Source: a virus (lineage: Duplodnaviria > Caudoviricetes). Taken from it: a DNA stretch of 64,000 nt. The position numbers were made by a program, and so were the translations under genes. The stretch is taken from IMG/VR virus record IMGVR_UViG_3300042862_000163, positions 32,001 through 96,000 of that record. One strand, written 5' to 3'. Shown here piece by piece: positions 50,515 through 59,787 of this stretch. Position 1 is the first letter of the stretch; every line of letters starts with the position of its first letter. The notes below the pieces were generated by a model. It saw only the letters and a list, made by a program, of their open reading frames with translations, was not told the DNA's origin and made no database searches.

Positions 50515-50811
50515 TTAAATATTAGGTGGTTTAGGTGCAAAAGGATCAGGAAAATAAGAATTAAATAGATTAACAAATCCATTATAATCTGCAGTAGATG
50601 TAGGTGCCCAATTTAAACCAGGAGGTGTGCAATCACAACTTCCTTTCCATGGAGCATTCATTTTGTGACATCTATTACATTCCCATGATAGGGAAACTTT
50701 TGGACATGTACACATCATTGGTGGCAGTGTACTATTCCATGTATAAGGAAACGTTTTAATATTTCCACACACTGTACACTTTTGTGGATAATCTATAAAA
50801 TTACTTTCCAT
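50515..50811 (-). CDS. Cys-rich Zn-finger hypothetical protein
   Basis: CTVC, CTC, WECNRCHKMNAPW..SCDC. Confidence 0.55.
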   Translation of the reverse strand: MESNFIDYPQKCTVCGNIKTFPYTWNSTLPPMMCTCPKVSLSWECNRCHKMNAPWKGSCDCTPPGLNWAPTSTADYNGFVNLFNSYFPDPFAPKPPNI

Positions 50812-51109
50812 CTTTTACAAATTGACCATCTACCATAACTCCTGTACGTTTTGAAATTACATTGTATGCACTCTCTAAACATTCTGTTAAGCTCACTCCT
50901 TGCATCTCTGCTTGGATAATGATTGTTACCAATATATCTCCTAGAGCATCTATTGTTTCATCTTTGTCATCAAATGCTATAGCAGTTATAAGTTCTGTAC
51001 ATTCTTCCATAGTTTTACACGCTTGTGCTATTGGTGTTCCTTTTTCAAAGATTCCTTTTTGTGTGGCCCAAGCTATAACTAGAGCTTCTAATTCATTGTA
51101 ACTTTTCAT
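50801..51109 (-). CDS. MazG-like nucleotide pyrophosphohydrolase
   Basis: KTMEECTEL..DALGDILVT..CLESAYNVISKRTG..DGQFVKD. Confidence 0.85.
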   Translation of the reverse strand: MKSYNELEALVIAWATQKGIFEKGTPIAQACKTMEECTELITAIAFDDKDETIDALGDILVTIIIQAEMQGVSLTECLESAYNVISKRTGVMVDGQFVKDGK

Positions 51110-51110
51110 A

Positions 51111-51548
51111 TTATATTATTTTTTGTTCTATTAATAATTGTTCTACTTTTTCCCAGTCTACAAATGGTCTAGATGATAAACTTGTGTCATATTTTAATGG
51201 ACAGCCAAGAGCTGAATCATCTATCATTAAATCAGCAAAGCTTTTAGGGCTCTCTGTCCAATTATGTTGATCTGGATCACTATTTACACCATATAATGGA
51301 ATTTCATTGTCTATAAACCACTGTATAGCATCATTTAAAAATGTTCCTTTTACATCAGGAATAATATGCTTATTGATTGTTTTAAATGTTATTCTATTAC
51401 TTCTCATAGTAAATAATATGAGATGGTGCCCTGCATCAGTTAATTTTCTAAGTACTGGTACAGAACCTATACTTTTACCTATTTGTGGAAAACTATGAGT
51501 TACACAGGTTCCATCGAAATCCACATTAATCGTAAGTTTCTCTTTCAT
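51111..51548 (-). CDS. HAD-superfamily hydrolase
   Basis: VDFDGTCV, LILFTMR, K.FADLMIDD. Confidence 0.8.
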   Translation of the reverse strand: MKEKLTINVDFDGTCVTHSFPQIGKSIGSVPVLRKLTDAGHHLILFTMRSNRITFKTINKHIIPDVKGTFLNDAIQWFIDNEIPLYGVNSDPDQHNWTESPKSFADLMIDDSALGCPLKYDTSLSSRPFVDWEKVEQLLIEQKII

Positions 51549-51549
51549 G

Positions 51550-51822
51550 TTATTTATAAAGATTATGTGTGTCTATATCAGTAAAAGTTTTAATTAAACT
51601 TCTAATTGCTTCACCACACGTTACTGCCATTTCTCCTCTTATCTCAATAGATAAGTTTTCTTTTTCTTGAAGTTCCCACATTTTATCTAGTAATGCACTT
51701 TGAAAAATATAAACTGAAGCTCTAAACCCTTCATCATCGAATCCAGGTTTAGCTTCATAATTTTCTAATAATGTATCTTCTATTTCAGATAATATTGGAC
51801 TTAGTTTTTTTCCTAATGTCAT
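51550..51822 (-). CDS. Hypothetical protein
   Basis: 90-aa ORF in the operon. Confidence 0.65.
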   Translation of the reverse strand: MTLGKKLSPILSEIEDTLLENYEAKPGFDDEGFRASVYIFQSALLDKMWELQEKENLSIEIRGEMAVTCGEAIRSLIKTFTDIDTHNLYK

Positions 51823-52265
51823 ATAATTTTTTCTGTTATTAATATTTGTCTAACTTTTTCAATTAATTCTGGTATTCCAGCATCATTTATAATTTCATAA
51901 TTAAACTCAGCATCATCAAGACTTGTTTCACTAGGATGTTCTTTTTGATATTGTTTAGAACAACTTATTTTGTGATAACCAGTTCCTCCACATTCAGAAC
52001 AAGGTCTCACCACTCTGATAGTGATACCTTTACGTCTTACAATAGCTTCTAACTCATTCTCAAATCTCATGTCTGTAATAATCCAGTTAGGATATACAGG
52101 CTCTCCATCTGTCAACTTTGTATCAAATGCTCCTATTAAATAATGTGTAGGAGTATAATCAGCAAACAAAGCAGCTGCCCAAATATTTTTAGATAAATTA
52201 TCTCTTAAACATTCAGTTCCAAGAGTTTGCAAAAACTCACGTATTGTTGTATTTTCTGTTATCAT
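51819..52265 (-). CDS. Deoxynucleoside monophosphate kinase, C-terminal fragment
   Basis: TIREFLQTLGTE..R..IW, WIITDMRFENE, HPSETSLD..IIND. The ATG at 52265 lies 4 nt after the endonuclease stop. Confidence 0.8.
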   Translation of the reverse strand: MITENTTIREFLQTLGTECLRDNLSKNIWAAALFADYTPTHYLIGAFDTKLTDGEPVYPNWIITDMRFENELEAIVRRKGITIRVVRPCSECGGTGYHKISCSKQYQKEHPSETSLDDAEFNYEIINDAGIPELIEKVRQILITEKII

Positions 52266-52269
52266 TTTT

Positions 52270-53013
52270 TTAGTTTTTAAATTTCCATTTATAACCATAG
52301 GCTGTTTTAGCTACATTACCCTGACTATTTTTTTTACCTGAACATACTCTATTAATTAAACTATTGGAGAATCCTAATTCTCTTTCTACTTTATTAGCTG
52401 ACTCCCATTCTTTAATAAAATTATTTTCTAAATCAAATTGTAAAACAGGTTTTGACAATTTTTTACCTATTTTTTCTCCTACTGATTTATCTCTTTTTTT
52501 ACCAGTATTTGCTTTTTTCATTGCTTCTATTTGTTTGTCAAAGCCAACACCACTTTTAATTAATGAGTTGTTTTTACCTTTTTGATTTTCAGATAATATT
52601 TTTTTAACATCATCTGTTCTTTTTTTACCAATTAATTTTTGTCTTCTTTTTTCAATAGTTTCTTTAGATTGTGTTTTACCTAAATTTATATCTCTTAAAA
52701 GTTGTTTAGTTTCTTCTCTTCTTACCACACCTAAAGAACTACCTGCAATTTTACAGATATTATATTGGGGTAATAATATATCAATGTAATACTGTTCTTT
52801 TTCTATTAATTCAGAAATAGAACAGTATTCTACAACAGTTAATAAAAAATCAACACTTTTTTTATTATAAGCTCTCTGCAAATGTATATTTGGATGATTA
52901 CCTTTATTTAATCTTTCTAAATGTTTTCTCCATCTATTATGTATGTCATAAGAACTACCAATATAAAAGTATTGATTTTCTGGATTTGTGATTTTATATA
53001 TACCTGATTTCAT
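52270..53013 (-). mobile_element. GIY-YIG homing endonuclease with NUMOD-like DNA-binding repeats, inserted in the dNMP kinase gene
   Basis: SGIYKITN...FYIGSS..R..H; YNICKIAGSSLG; S.ET..K repeats; KPVLQFDLENNFIKEWES...TAYGYKWKF. Confidence 0.9.
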
Positions 53014-53059
53014 ACTACAAATATATGTTATATATTGTAGAAATTCTCTAACATTTATG

Positions 53060-53320
53060 TTAAGTTTTTGTTAAAGTATTTAATAACTCTTGTGATATAT
53101 AACCTTCTTCTACTAATTGCTTAAAAGTTTTTTCCTTAAACTCTTGATCTTCAAAATCCTCTACAGGGAAACCTGTTAATAGAGAAGCTATTGTTTTCAA
53201 CTTTCCAGCAAATTTCTTAACTTCAAACTCTCTTTCTCCATTAGTGATAGATAACCCTTGAATTATCTCTCCAATAGTATCTTTACCAGATCCTATTTTT
53301 CCTGATATACCGATAATCAT
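53060..53320 (-). CDS. Deoxynucleoside monophosphate kinase, N-terminal fragment
   Basis: MIIGISGKIGSGKDT P-loop, KKFAGKLK, FEDQEFK; stops after 86 aa. Confidence 0.8.
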   Translation of the reverse strand: MIIGISGKIGSGKDTIGEIIQGLSITNGEREFEVKKFAGKLKTIASLLTGFPVEDFEDQEFKEKTFKQLVEEGYISQELLNTLTKT

Positions 53321-53448
53321 TCTCTTATCTGTATTATCATTCCACCTTTGAAATTGTTCATAGCTTCTTCTTTAGAATTAGCTTGCACATCTATCCACTC
53401 TTTGTCTTCTCTACCAAAAGGTAGATATATTATTGTGTATGTTTTCAT
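53317..53448 (-). CDS. Small hypothetical protein (43 aa)
   Basis: Translated by hand: MKTYTIIYLPFGREDKEWIDVQANSKEEAM...IRE*; ATGA overlap with the downstream gene. Confidence 0.6.
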   Translation of the reverse strand: MKTYTIIYLPFGREDKEWIDVQANSKEEAMNNFKGGMIIQIRE

Positions 53449-53449
53449 A

Positions 53450-54532
53450 TTATACTTCTTCTTCGTTAAACAAACTATGATTTGCACAAGGAGAAACTAT
53501 TTCTGCTTCTGCTACTTCTATCTCTTCCTCAATAGGAAGATCTGCTTGATTGATTTTGTTAACAATCTTTTGTTTTAATTCATCGTAGAATTCTGGATTA
53601 TCAACAAGAAGAGTTTTGAACTCTTCAAGCTCATACTTAACTTCATCTATAGTCATGTACTTACCATACTTTCTACCAATCTCAAACTCATTGATAAGCT
53701 CCATCATTTCTGTCACTTTATCAATACCTAATCCATACACTATCTCAAATTCAGATTTGCGATATGGAGGAGACATTTTATTCTTAACAGCTTTCAGTTT
53801 AGTAATATTACCATAAGCTTGATCTCCATCTTTAGCTAATGATTTAGTTATCTCAATTCTTACATCACTATAGAATTTAAGAGCATGTCCTCCTTGAGTT
53901 GTTGTAGGATTACCAAACATAACACCAATCTTCTCTCTATATTGACTAATTACTATCACACATACATTATGTTGCGATAAAGCCCCTTTTAGCTTTGGAT
54001 AAGCATTACTGTTCAATAAAGCTTTTCTACCGATTGTAGAGTCTCCTACGTCCCCATCAAGCATCTTTTTAGGGATTAATGATGAATCACTATCAATAAT
54101 GACAAGATCTATCTCTCCAGTTTGGATTAACTCCATAGCAATGTTGAAACCTTCTTCTCCACAGCTTGGTTGAGCAATCAACATCTTTGTTGTATCTACA
54201 CCAATTTGTTTGAAATACTTCTTATCAACAGCGTTCTCACCATCGATATATAGCACTGTACCACCTTTCTTTTGACACTCTGCTACAGCATGTGCACAAA
54301 TTGTAGATTTACCAGTACCTTCCCATCCCATAAGCTCATATAGCTTACCTTTAACAAATCCTCCAACACCGAGTGTGATATGATCAAACCCAATACTTCC
54401 TGTACTGATAACATCATAATCTCCTCCTGATTTAGAATCTAATGCTAATACTGAACCAACACCATAAGTCTTGTTTAACTTATCCATTGCATCTTGAAAC
54501 TTTCCTTTTGTTTCTACTACTTTTTTTGCCAT
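53450..54532 (-). CDS. recA: RecA recombinase
   Basis: ISTGSIGFD, GWEGTGKST, YIDGENAVD, ISQYREKIGVMFGNPTTTQGGHALKFYSDVRI, KNKMSPPYR. Confidence 0.97.
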   Translation of the reverse strand: MAKKVVETKGKFQDAMDKLNKTYGVGSVLALDSKSGGDYDVISTGSIGFDHITLGVGGFVKGKLYELMGWEGTGKSTICAHAVAECQKKGGTVLYIDGENAVDKKYFKQIGVDTTKMLIAQPSCGEEGFNIAMELIQTGEIDLVIIDSDSSLIPKKMLDGDVGDSTIGRKALLNSNAYPKLKGALSQHNVCVIVISQYREKIGVMFGNPTTTQGGHALKFYSDVRIEITKSLAKDGDQAYGNITKLKAVKNKMSPPYRKSEFEIVYGLGIDKVTEMMELINEFEIGRKYGKYMTIDEVKYELEEFKTLLVDNPEFYDELKQKIVNKINQADLPIEEEIEVAEAEIVSPCANHSLFNEEEV

Positions 54533-54685
54533 TATTTAATTGTTTTATTGTTTAAAGTTAATCATTTTTTTAGTTGTTTCCTAACATAAGTATAACTAAA
54601 ATGTTAGCTAATTACATAGTATATAGCGTATTATAGATAATATTTTAGTTATTTTAGTTATTTTTTTATTATTGAAATGTCCGTT

Positions 54686-54748
54686 ATTATATGCATTTAC
54701 ATCTATTTTGTACAGAATACTGTACATTATATGTATTTACATATATTT
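54686..54748. repeat. Two 23-nt direct repeats (period 40) around a palindrome, in the 350-bp non-coding gap
   Basis: ATTATATGCATTTACATCTATTT (54686-54708) and ATTATATGTATTTACATATATTT (54726-54748), with TGTACAG-aata-CTGTACA between. Confidence 0.75.
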
Positions 54749-54881
54749 GTCCTAAATAGGTATTCTTGGTGAAAAACAGGTTGATTTTAATCATTTCTGT
54801 GAATAATAGGTTTAGTCAAAAAAACCCTAAATTTCTTCAGGGCTCTTTCTTTCACAATTAAAAAACACAGTTTTGTAAAAC

Positions 54882-55067
54882 TCAATATTCCTCTTCTTCT
54901 TTTCTCAAAGAAGTATTTCCTTTTATACTTTGATCATACGGACAATGTCTGCAACTATTGCCGCAGCATGTTTTTCTTTTTGCTAAATATTCTTTAGTAA
55001 AATGAATTCTTCCATCTTCTAAATAATAATCAGCTCCTTGGTTAAAATCTTTTTGTTCATTATTCAT
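54882..55067 (-). CDS. Small Cys-rich protein (DUF5522-like)
   Basis: DYYLEDGRIHFT..YL.KR..CCGNSCRHCPY. Confidence 0.75.
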   Translation of the reverse strand: MNNEQKDFNQGADYYLEDGRIHFTKEYLAKRKTCCGNSCRHCPYDQSIKGNTSLRKEEEEY

Positions 55068-55068
55068 A

Positions 55069-55350
55069 TTATTTATTCATTTTAGATTCATAAATGTAAT
55101 AAGTAATTGCAACTGGTATTTGATGGCGTTCATTAATTAAATGAGTATAACTTAAATCATTTAATCTTTTTTTACCACGTAATAATTCAAGTTGATCTTC
55201 TGTATATACAGCTATTCCTTTTTCTCCAGTTGTTTTATATTTTTTTAAACCTAATTTTGATACTTTGTTTCTTACAGATTTTTCATTTATCCCTAACATT
55301 ATAGATAATTCAAAAATAGTATAATATTTAAGTTCCGATATTCCTTTCAT
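55069..55350 (-). CDS. Helix-turn-helix DNA-binding protein
   Basis: YYTIFELSIMLGINEKSVRNKVSKLGL...YTEDQLELL. Confidence 0.65.
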   Translation of the reverse strand: MKGISELKYYTIFELSIMLGINEKSVRNKVSKLGLKKYKTTGEKGIAVYTEDQLELLRGKKRLNDLSYTHLINERHQIPVAITYYIYESKMNK

Positions 55351-55579
55351 GTTTAGATTGTTTTATAAGTTCAGTTTCATTCTCATAAACATATTTATAC
55401 TTATTGCTTATATAGTCTTCCATGATAACTGATTCTTTAGGAAGTTTTCTAAATGAATAAGCATGACTACTAGCCTTGATTGCTAATATAAAATGTTCAT
55501 CATTATAACCGCAAAGAATTCCTTTATAGTCATCATGTACTATTTCCATTCCTTTAAACTGGTTGAATACTTTTTCCAT
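55328..55579 (-). CDS. Hypothetical protein
   Basis: 83-aa ORF in the operon. Confidence 0.6.
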   Translation of the reverse strand: MEKVFNQFKGMEIVHDDYKGILCGYNDEHFILAIKASSHAYSFRKLPKESVIMEDYISNKYKYVYENETELIKQSKHERNIGT

Positions 55580-55892
55580 CTTTATCTAGGTTTAAAGTTG
55601 CTAATCTATTCTCCACTTCAAATTCCACTTTGAGAATAAAATTAATCTTATCTTCGATTTCTTGATTTATAATTCTTCCTACGAATGGCATAATATCTTC
55701 AAGATTTGTATACACTCTGGCTAAACCAAATTTACATTTGATTTGTTGATATTGAAAACCAGGTATCTCTGTAAGATCATTAAAGATTTGATCAATGTAA
55801 CTTAACACTGATGGAACTTCTATTTGCATACCCCAATTCCCTTCTTCTAAATAATTAACATATTTAGTATTAAACTCTTGATTCGTTCTCAT
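55554..55892 (-). CDS. Hypothetical protein
   Basis: 112 aa; QIKCKFGLARVY pattern. Confidence 0.65.
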   Translation of the reverse strand: MRTNQEFNTKYVNYLEEGNWGMQIEVPSVLSYIDQIFNDLTEIPGFQYQQIKCKFGLARVYTNLEDIMPFVGRIINQEIEDKINFILKVEFEVENRLATLNLDKDGKSIQPV

Positions 55893-55953
55893 ATTTTTGT
55901 TGTTTTAAAATTATAGGGTAACAAAGATAGCTCATTACCCTATCAATTCCTAA

Positions 55954-56385
55954 TTAATCTTCAATAGTTAATTCGTAGTGCTCTCCATCATTACCATTTT
56001 GAGCAATTATATCTATTCTAGCATTAGACAATCCTTCTTCTAAAATATCAAATGCTGCATCTATAGCAAATAGTTCTGCTTCTTTTCTTGTCTTCCAAGA
56101 TTGTGTAGTAGCTTGTTTACCTATTTTACATGTAAATGTATTATCTGGATATAAAAAGATTTCAATAATGATATTGTTATCATCAAATACATCAAGTAAC
56201 ATCCTTGGATTTACATCCATTAATGTTCCTATTTTATCATTATCTATACCTGCTTCCCTTACCATTTCTTTAAACTCTTCTGATATAGTATCTGTCTGAA
56301 GAGATTCAATCATTTTTTCTAAAAACCACTCTCGTACAAGAGTGGCAGATAATGGATATTTTTCTAATAATTCGATTCCTTTCAT
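55954..56385 (-). CDS. Hypothetical protein
   Basis: 143-aa ORF. Confidence 0.65.
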   Translation of the reverse strand: MKGIELLEKYPLSATLVREWFLEKMIESLQTDTISEEFKEMVREAGIDNDKIGTLMDVNPRMLLDVFDDNNIIIEIFLYPDNTFTCKIGKQATTQSWKTRKEAELFAIDAAFDILEEGLSNARIDIIAQNGNDGEHYELTIED

Positions 56386-56386
56386 A

Positions 56387-56590
56387 TTATTTTATATTAA
56401 TTTCTTTATTTAATTCAATTCCTGCATCTCTCCACCAAATTCTTTCAAAATCAAATTCAGTTAATGGATCCTTTTCTTTGCATGCTGTATATTTAATATT
56501 ATACAACATGGCTGTTATTTCACAAAACTCAGCAGCTTTGTCTATTCCGTAAACATCAATTATTTTATTTAATATATCGTGGTTATACAT
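56387..56590 (-). CDS. Hypothetical protein
   Basis: 67-aa ORF, tightly packed in the operon. Confidence 0.55.
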   Translation of the reverse strand: MYNHDILNKIIDVYGIDKAAEFCEITAMLYNIKYTACKEKDPLTEFDFERIWWRDAGIELNKEINIK

Positions 56591-57134
56591 CTTCTTTTAT
56601 TTTATCAATATTTAATATTTCTTTTTCTTCGTCCCAACCATCCCAAACTTCATATTCATCAGTAAATGTAATACCAATCTTATCTTCCCAGAATTCTACA
56701 AGATCTGTACTCTTTTTAAACACCCTAACTTGTAAACTTATTTCATCTCTACTAAGACCTGATTTTACAACTTTTACTGATTTTGGAAATTCACTTTGAA
56801 ATGTTTTAGATGTTTTGGAATATTTACCCTGCTTGACAAGTTCATAATCTTTATTAAACTTCTCATTAAGTTGATATACCACTACAACAAATCCACCTTC
56901 ATAATCATAATCCTCGATTATATTTTTGGTTCGTTCATATTCATCATCTAAGAATTCTCTAAACTTATCCAGATTTTCAGGCTTAAATAAAATGTAGACA
57001 GCATTTTTATACTGTCCATCTTTTCTATCATCACTTATATATCCATTAATAAATCCATTATTCTTCAATACATCTTTGGGAAACCTCAATGTAGGAATTA
57101 TAAATATACTAGTTATATTCTTTTTTATATTCAT
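56583..57134 (-). CDS. Conserved phage protein of unknown function
   Basis: 183 aa, coupled to the exonuclease; GFINGY..YILFKP..GKYSK pattern. Confidence 0.65.
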   Translation of the reverse strand: MNIKKNITSIFIIPTLRFPKDVLKNNGFINGYISDDRKDGQYKNAVYILFKPENLDKFREFLDDEYERTKNIIEDYDYEGGFVVVVYQLNEKFNKDYELVKQGKYSKTSKTFQSEFPKSVKVVKSGLSRDEISLQVRVFKKSTDLVEFWEDKIGITFTDEYEVWDGWDEEKEILNIDKIKEDV

Positions 57135-58189
57135 TATACTCCTTTGATATTTACTATTCCGTTAGCTAAATGATTTTTGTGGCTTATGGTCCACGTTCCT
57201 GTTTCTTTACACCATATTAATGCAGTGATCAAATCTTCTACACCAGGATAAGTTCTTCCTTTGTGTATAAATCCATGATATGCATCTTCCATATCATCTA
57301 TATCAATTGTATAGATTAATGGTTGATAGTAGTTTGTACTATCACATACAATGAATTTTAAATAATCCACTCTATATCCAAAATACTCACTATCTGGATT
57401 ACTTGCTAAATGTAACATTGCATTATAATATAGATAGGCCTGAATATATGCTCTTCTGTAAAGATAATACTCTTCATAGAAATTCTCTACACTCCATGTA
57501 CATTTTAAATCATAAGGCATAATTACTTTTTCAGTGTGATCGATTATCACCTTATCAAGCATGCTCTTAAATTCATGTCCTTGTATATGATAACCTTCAA
57601 CCATCATTTGATCTATCACTGTATATCTAGAGCTATTTACTAGATTTACAATTGGTGCTGTAGTGCTATTAGTCTTAAGCTGCTCAACAATCTTCTCAGC
57701 AATAGATACTTCCATTGTATTGATTACAGTTAAATTCTTGCTTCTAACAGTTCTAATTTCATTATAATAGAGTTCTGCATCAGATCCATAAAACTTACCT
57801 ATTACAGCTTCATATTTAATCTTGAATCCTGATAAGTTATAAGCTTCTAATGATATGTCTGCAAAGTCTCTAGCTACTACACCAAATTCATCTGTAGCAT
57901 CTCTTGTAACACGATATAACGCTTCTGCAAATTCCAACATTAATCCTGTTGGTGTAGATGCACAAGATGACATAAAGAACTTCTCATCAAATAGATGTGG
58001 TTCCATAAGTAGGGTCTCGACTATTCTACCCATATTAGCTGCTGAACTATCTTTGTCTTCTACCTTTTCTCCAAGAAAATACTTTTTATAATACTTCTTT
58101 CTATCTGTTGAGAAATCCTTCAATGAACTCGATGAATCCATTGGTGTTGCTCTGTATTGAGCTTCTGTTTTTGCTACTCCCTTTATCAT
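57134..58189 (-). CDS. PD-(D/E)xK exonuclease (RecE/Cas4-like)
   Basis: SSSSLKDF, MGRIVETLL, KSMLDKVIIDH..PYDLKCT, YIQAYLY. Confidence 0.8.
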   Translation of the reverse strand: MIKGVAKTEAQYRATPMDSSSSLKDFSTDRKKYYKKYFLGEKVEDKDSSAANMGRIVETLLMEPHLFDEKFFMSSCASTPTGLMLEFAEALYRVTRDATDEFGVVARDFADISLEAYNLSGFKIKYEAVIGKFYGSDAELYYNEIRTVRSKNLTVINTMEVSIAEKIVEQLKTNSTTAPIVNLVNSSRYTVIDQMMVEGYHIQGHEFKSMLDKVIIDHTEKVIMPYDLKCTWSVENFYEEYYLYRRAYIQAYLYYNAMLHLASNPDSEYFGYRVDYLKFIVCDSTNYYQPLIYTIDIDDMEDAYHGFIHKGRTYPGVEDLITALIWCKETGTWTISHKNHLANGIVNIKGV

Positions 58190-58195
58190 ATTTAT

Positions 58196-58402
58196 TTATT
58201 TACTTGTTACGTATTCCATCATTTCCTCTAACTTTTTTATAACTATTGGAAATTCTTGTTTATTTAAAAAAATAAAATTACTTGTTGTTTTATTATCTTG
58301 TTCTAATGCTCGCATTTGTATTCCATCCATATTATCTGTTGGTGAAATATTTAGACTTTGATCACATTCTAATTGTATTTTTATTGTTATCCAAGGTTTC
58401 AT
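58196..58402 (-). CDS. Hypothetical protein
   Basis: 68-aa ORF in the operon. Confidence 0.55.
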   Translation of the reverse strand: MKPWITIKIQLECDQSLNISPTDNMDGIQMRALEQDNKTTSNFIFLNKQEFPIVIKKLEEMMEYVTSK

Positions 58403-58408
58403 ATCTAT

Positions 58409-58630
58409 TTATTTAATTATTGTTACTCCATTATATGTCTCAATCCAAACATGTGCTCCACAACTCAAAGGTTTATCTGGAGAATAGCATATCTTACTAT
58501 CTCCTTTAATATCCACTTCATGTGCATACTTATTATCCTTATATGTCTTAACAGTTAGAACAGGATTGTTGGTCCCATTCTTTCTGTTGGCCTTAATCAC
58601 ATGAGCGTTTACATGTATTATCGTTTTCAT
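58409..58630 (-). CDS. Hypothetical phage protein
   Basis: IHVN.HVIKAN.K...PVLTVK..PLSCGAHVWIET pattern. Confidence 0.7.
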   Translation of the reverse strand: MKTIIHVNAHVIKANRKNGTNNPVLTVKTYKDNKYAHEVDIKGDSKICYSPDKPLSCGAHVWIETYNGVTIIK

Positions 58631-58985
58631 CTGTTTTAATTTTTAATATTTGATTAGTTAAATATTCTAATGTATAAGCATATGCTTCTTCTGATTCATA
58701 ACAATATTCTATTCCTATTTTTTTAAATAAATAAACAATAGCATGAAATGATTCATGAGCTACAATACCTGGATTATCTATATCATCTTTAAATCGTATA
58801 ATAATACATCCAGTTTTTAGTTTAAATGTAGTTGCTATACTTGTTTGATTTGCAAAGAATTTATCAAATCTTTTCTTAGATATATTTTCTTTAATCTCTT
58901 CATAAAGATCATCATCTGATTGCCCTATAGATACTACTATATCATGTCCATATACATCTAGTGGTATTATTTTAAATACGTTCAT
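58593..58985 (-). CDS. Small zincin-like protein
   Basis: IVAHESFH (HExxH) followed by EEAYAY. Confidence 0.65.
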   Translation of the reverse strand: MNVFKIIPLDVYGHDIVVSIGQSDDDLYEEIKENISKKRFDKFFANQTSIATTFKLKTGCIIIRFKDDIDNPGIVAHESFHAIVYLFKKIGIEYCYESEEAYAYTLEYLTNQILKIKTDENDNTCKRSCD

Positions 58986-58986
58986 A

Positions 58987-59151
58987 TTATTTATAGATTA
59001 ATATTGCACTATATTTGTAAATCTCTTTTTGGTGAGGTACATGTACTAAAGACATAGATACAACAGTCTTCACTATTTTATCATCTAACAATTGCTGTAA
59101 CTCTCTATTTATAATAAAGAGATTTTCACTCTCCCATATCCATGTTTTCAT
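58987..59151 (-). CDS. Small hypothetical protein (54 aa)
   Basis: Translated by hand: MKTWIWESENLF...YKYSAILIYK*; fills the gap and overlaps the upstream gene by ATGA. Confidence 0.55.
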   Translation of the reverse strand: MKTWIWESENLFIINRELQQLLDDKIVKTVVSMSLVHVPHQKEIYKYSAILIYK

Positions 59152-59378
59152 AATGTTTGTTTAAATGCTTCTATAATTTGTGGGTAAAGAGCTCTTACCT
59201 CCCTTGGTACTCTACTGAAGAACCATCTAACTTCTAGTTCATACTGATCTCCATTTGGATCTAGTCCTTGTGGATGTATTAACCAGAAATAATGATACTT
59301 ACCTTCGTGCTCTATGTGACCTTCATGCCACACCTCATTAAATGAGGGAGTCTTGTTGATTGTTATTGCGTTAGTCAT
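59148..59378 (-). CDS. Hypothetical protein
   Basis: 76-aa ORF. Confidence 0.6.
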   Translation of the reverse strand: MTNAITINKTPSFNEVWHEGHIEHEGKYHYFWLIHPQGLDPNGDQYELEVRWFFSRVPREVRALYPQIIEAFKQTL

Positions 59379-59787
59379 CTATTGTTATATTATTTGTTAT
59401 TCTATTAAACATTTCAATGAACATAATATCTTCCATCCATGGAGCAATTTTACCTGTCATGTCTTTTAAAATATTAGATATATGTTTATTTGACATATCT
59501 GCTACTGATTTATATGATAATGGTTGTAATCCATCTTTACCTCTATTTCCCCAATGAGCAGCTGACCTGTTCATTTCATGATCTTCTGATAGATATATAG
59601 TAGAACTAATATCAACTAAATCAAGATCTGCTCCTCCATAGCGTTGATATTCATTACCACCATCTACCATTGTCTTATTCTCACATTCACATGTTTTGTA
59701 ATCATGTCTATGATATGATGTTAAGACCTGTCCACAGCTTTTACACTGTACCCTATTCAGTATTATTTGATCTTCTAGTCTGTTCAT
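59371..59787 (-). CDS. Zn-ribbon hypothetical protein
   Basis: NRVQCKSCG..S.HRHDYKTCEC...VDGG..Y.R; WGNRGKDG. Confidence 0.7.
   Translation of the reverse strand: MNRLEDQIILNRVQCKSCGQVLTSYHRHDYKTCECENKTMVDGGNEYQRYGGADLDLVDISSTIYLSEDHEMNRSAAHWGNRGKDGLQPLSYKSVADMSNKHISNILKDMTGKIAPWMEDIMFIEMFNRITNNITIDD

Noticed and set aside
52266-53059. Group I intron or intein in the dNMP kinase gene
   Set aside because: Only 46 nt and 4 nt of non-coding flank are available, too little for a ribozyme core. The stop codons and the absence of intein terminal motifs exclude an intein. An intron core overlapping the ORF cannot be fully excluded without a covariance search.
31913-54881. tRNA or other structured RNA genes in the intergenic gaps
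   Set aside because: No cloverleaf or T-loop (GTTCRA) context was seen in the gaps at 31.9, 34.1, 46.5 or 54.5-54.9 kb. A tRNAscan/Infernal run would be needed to be certain.
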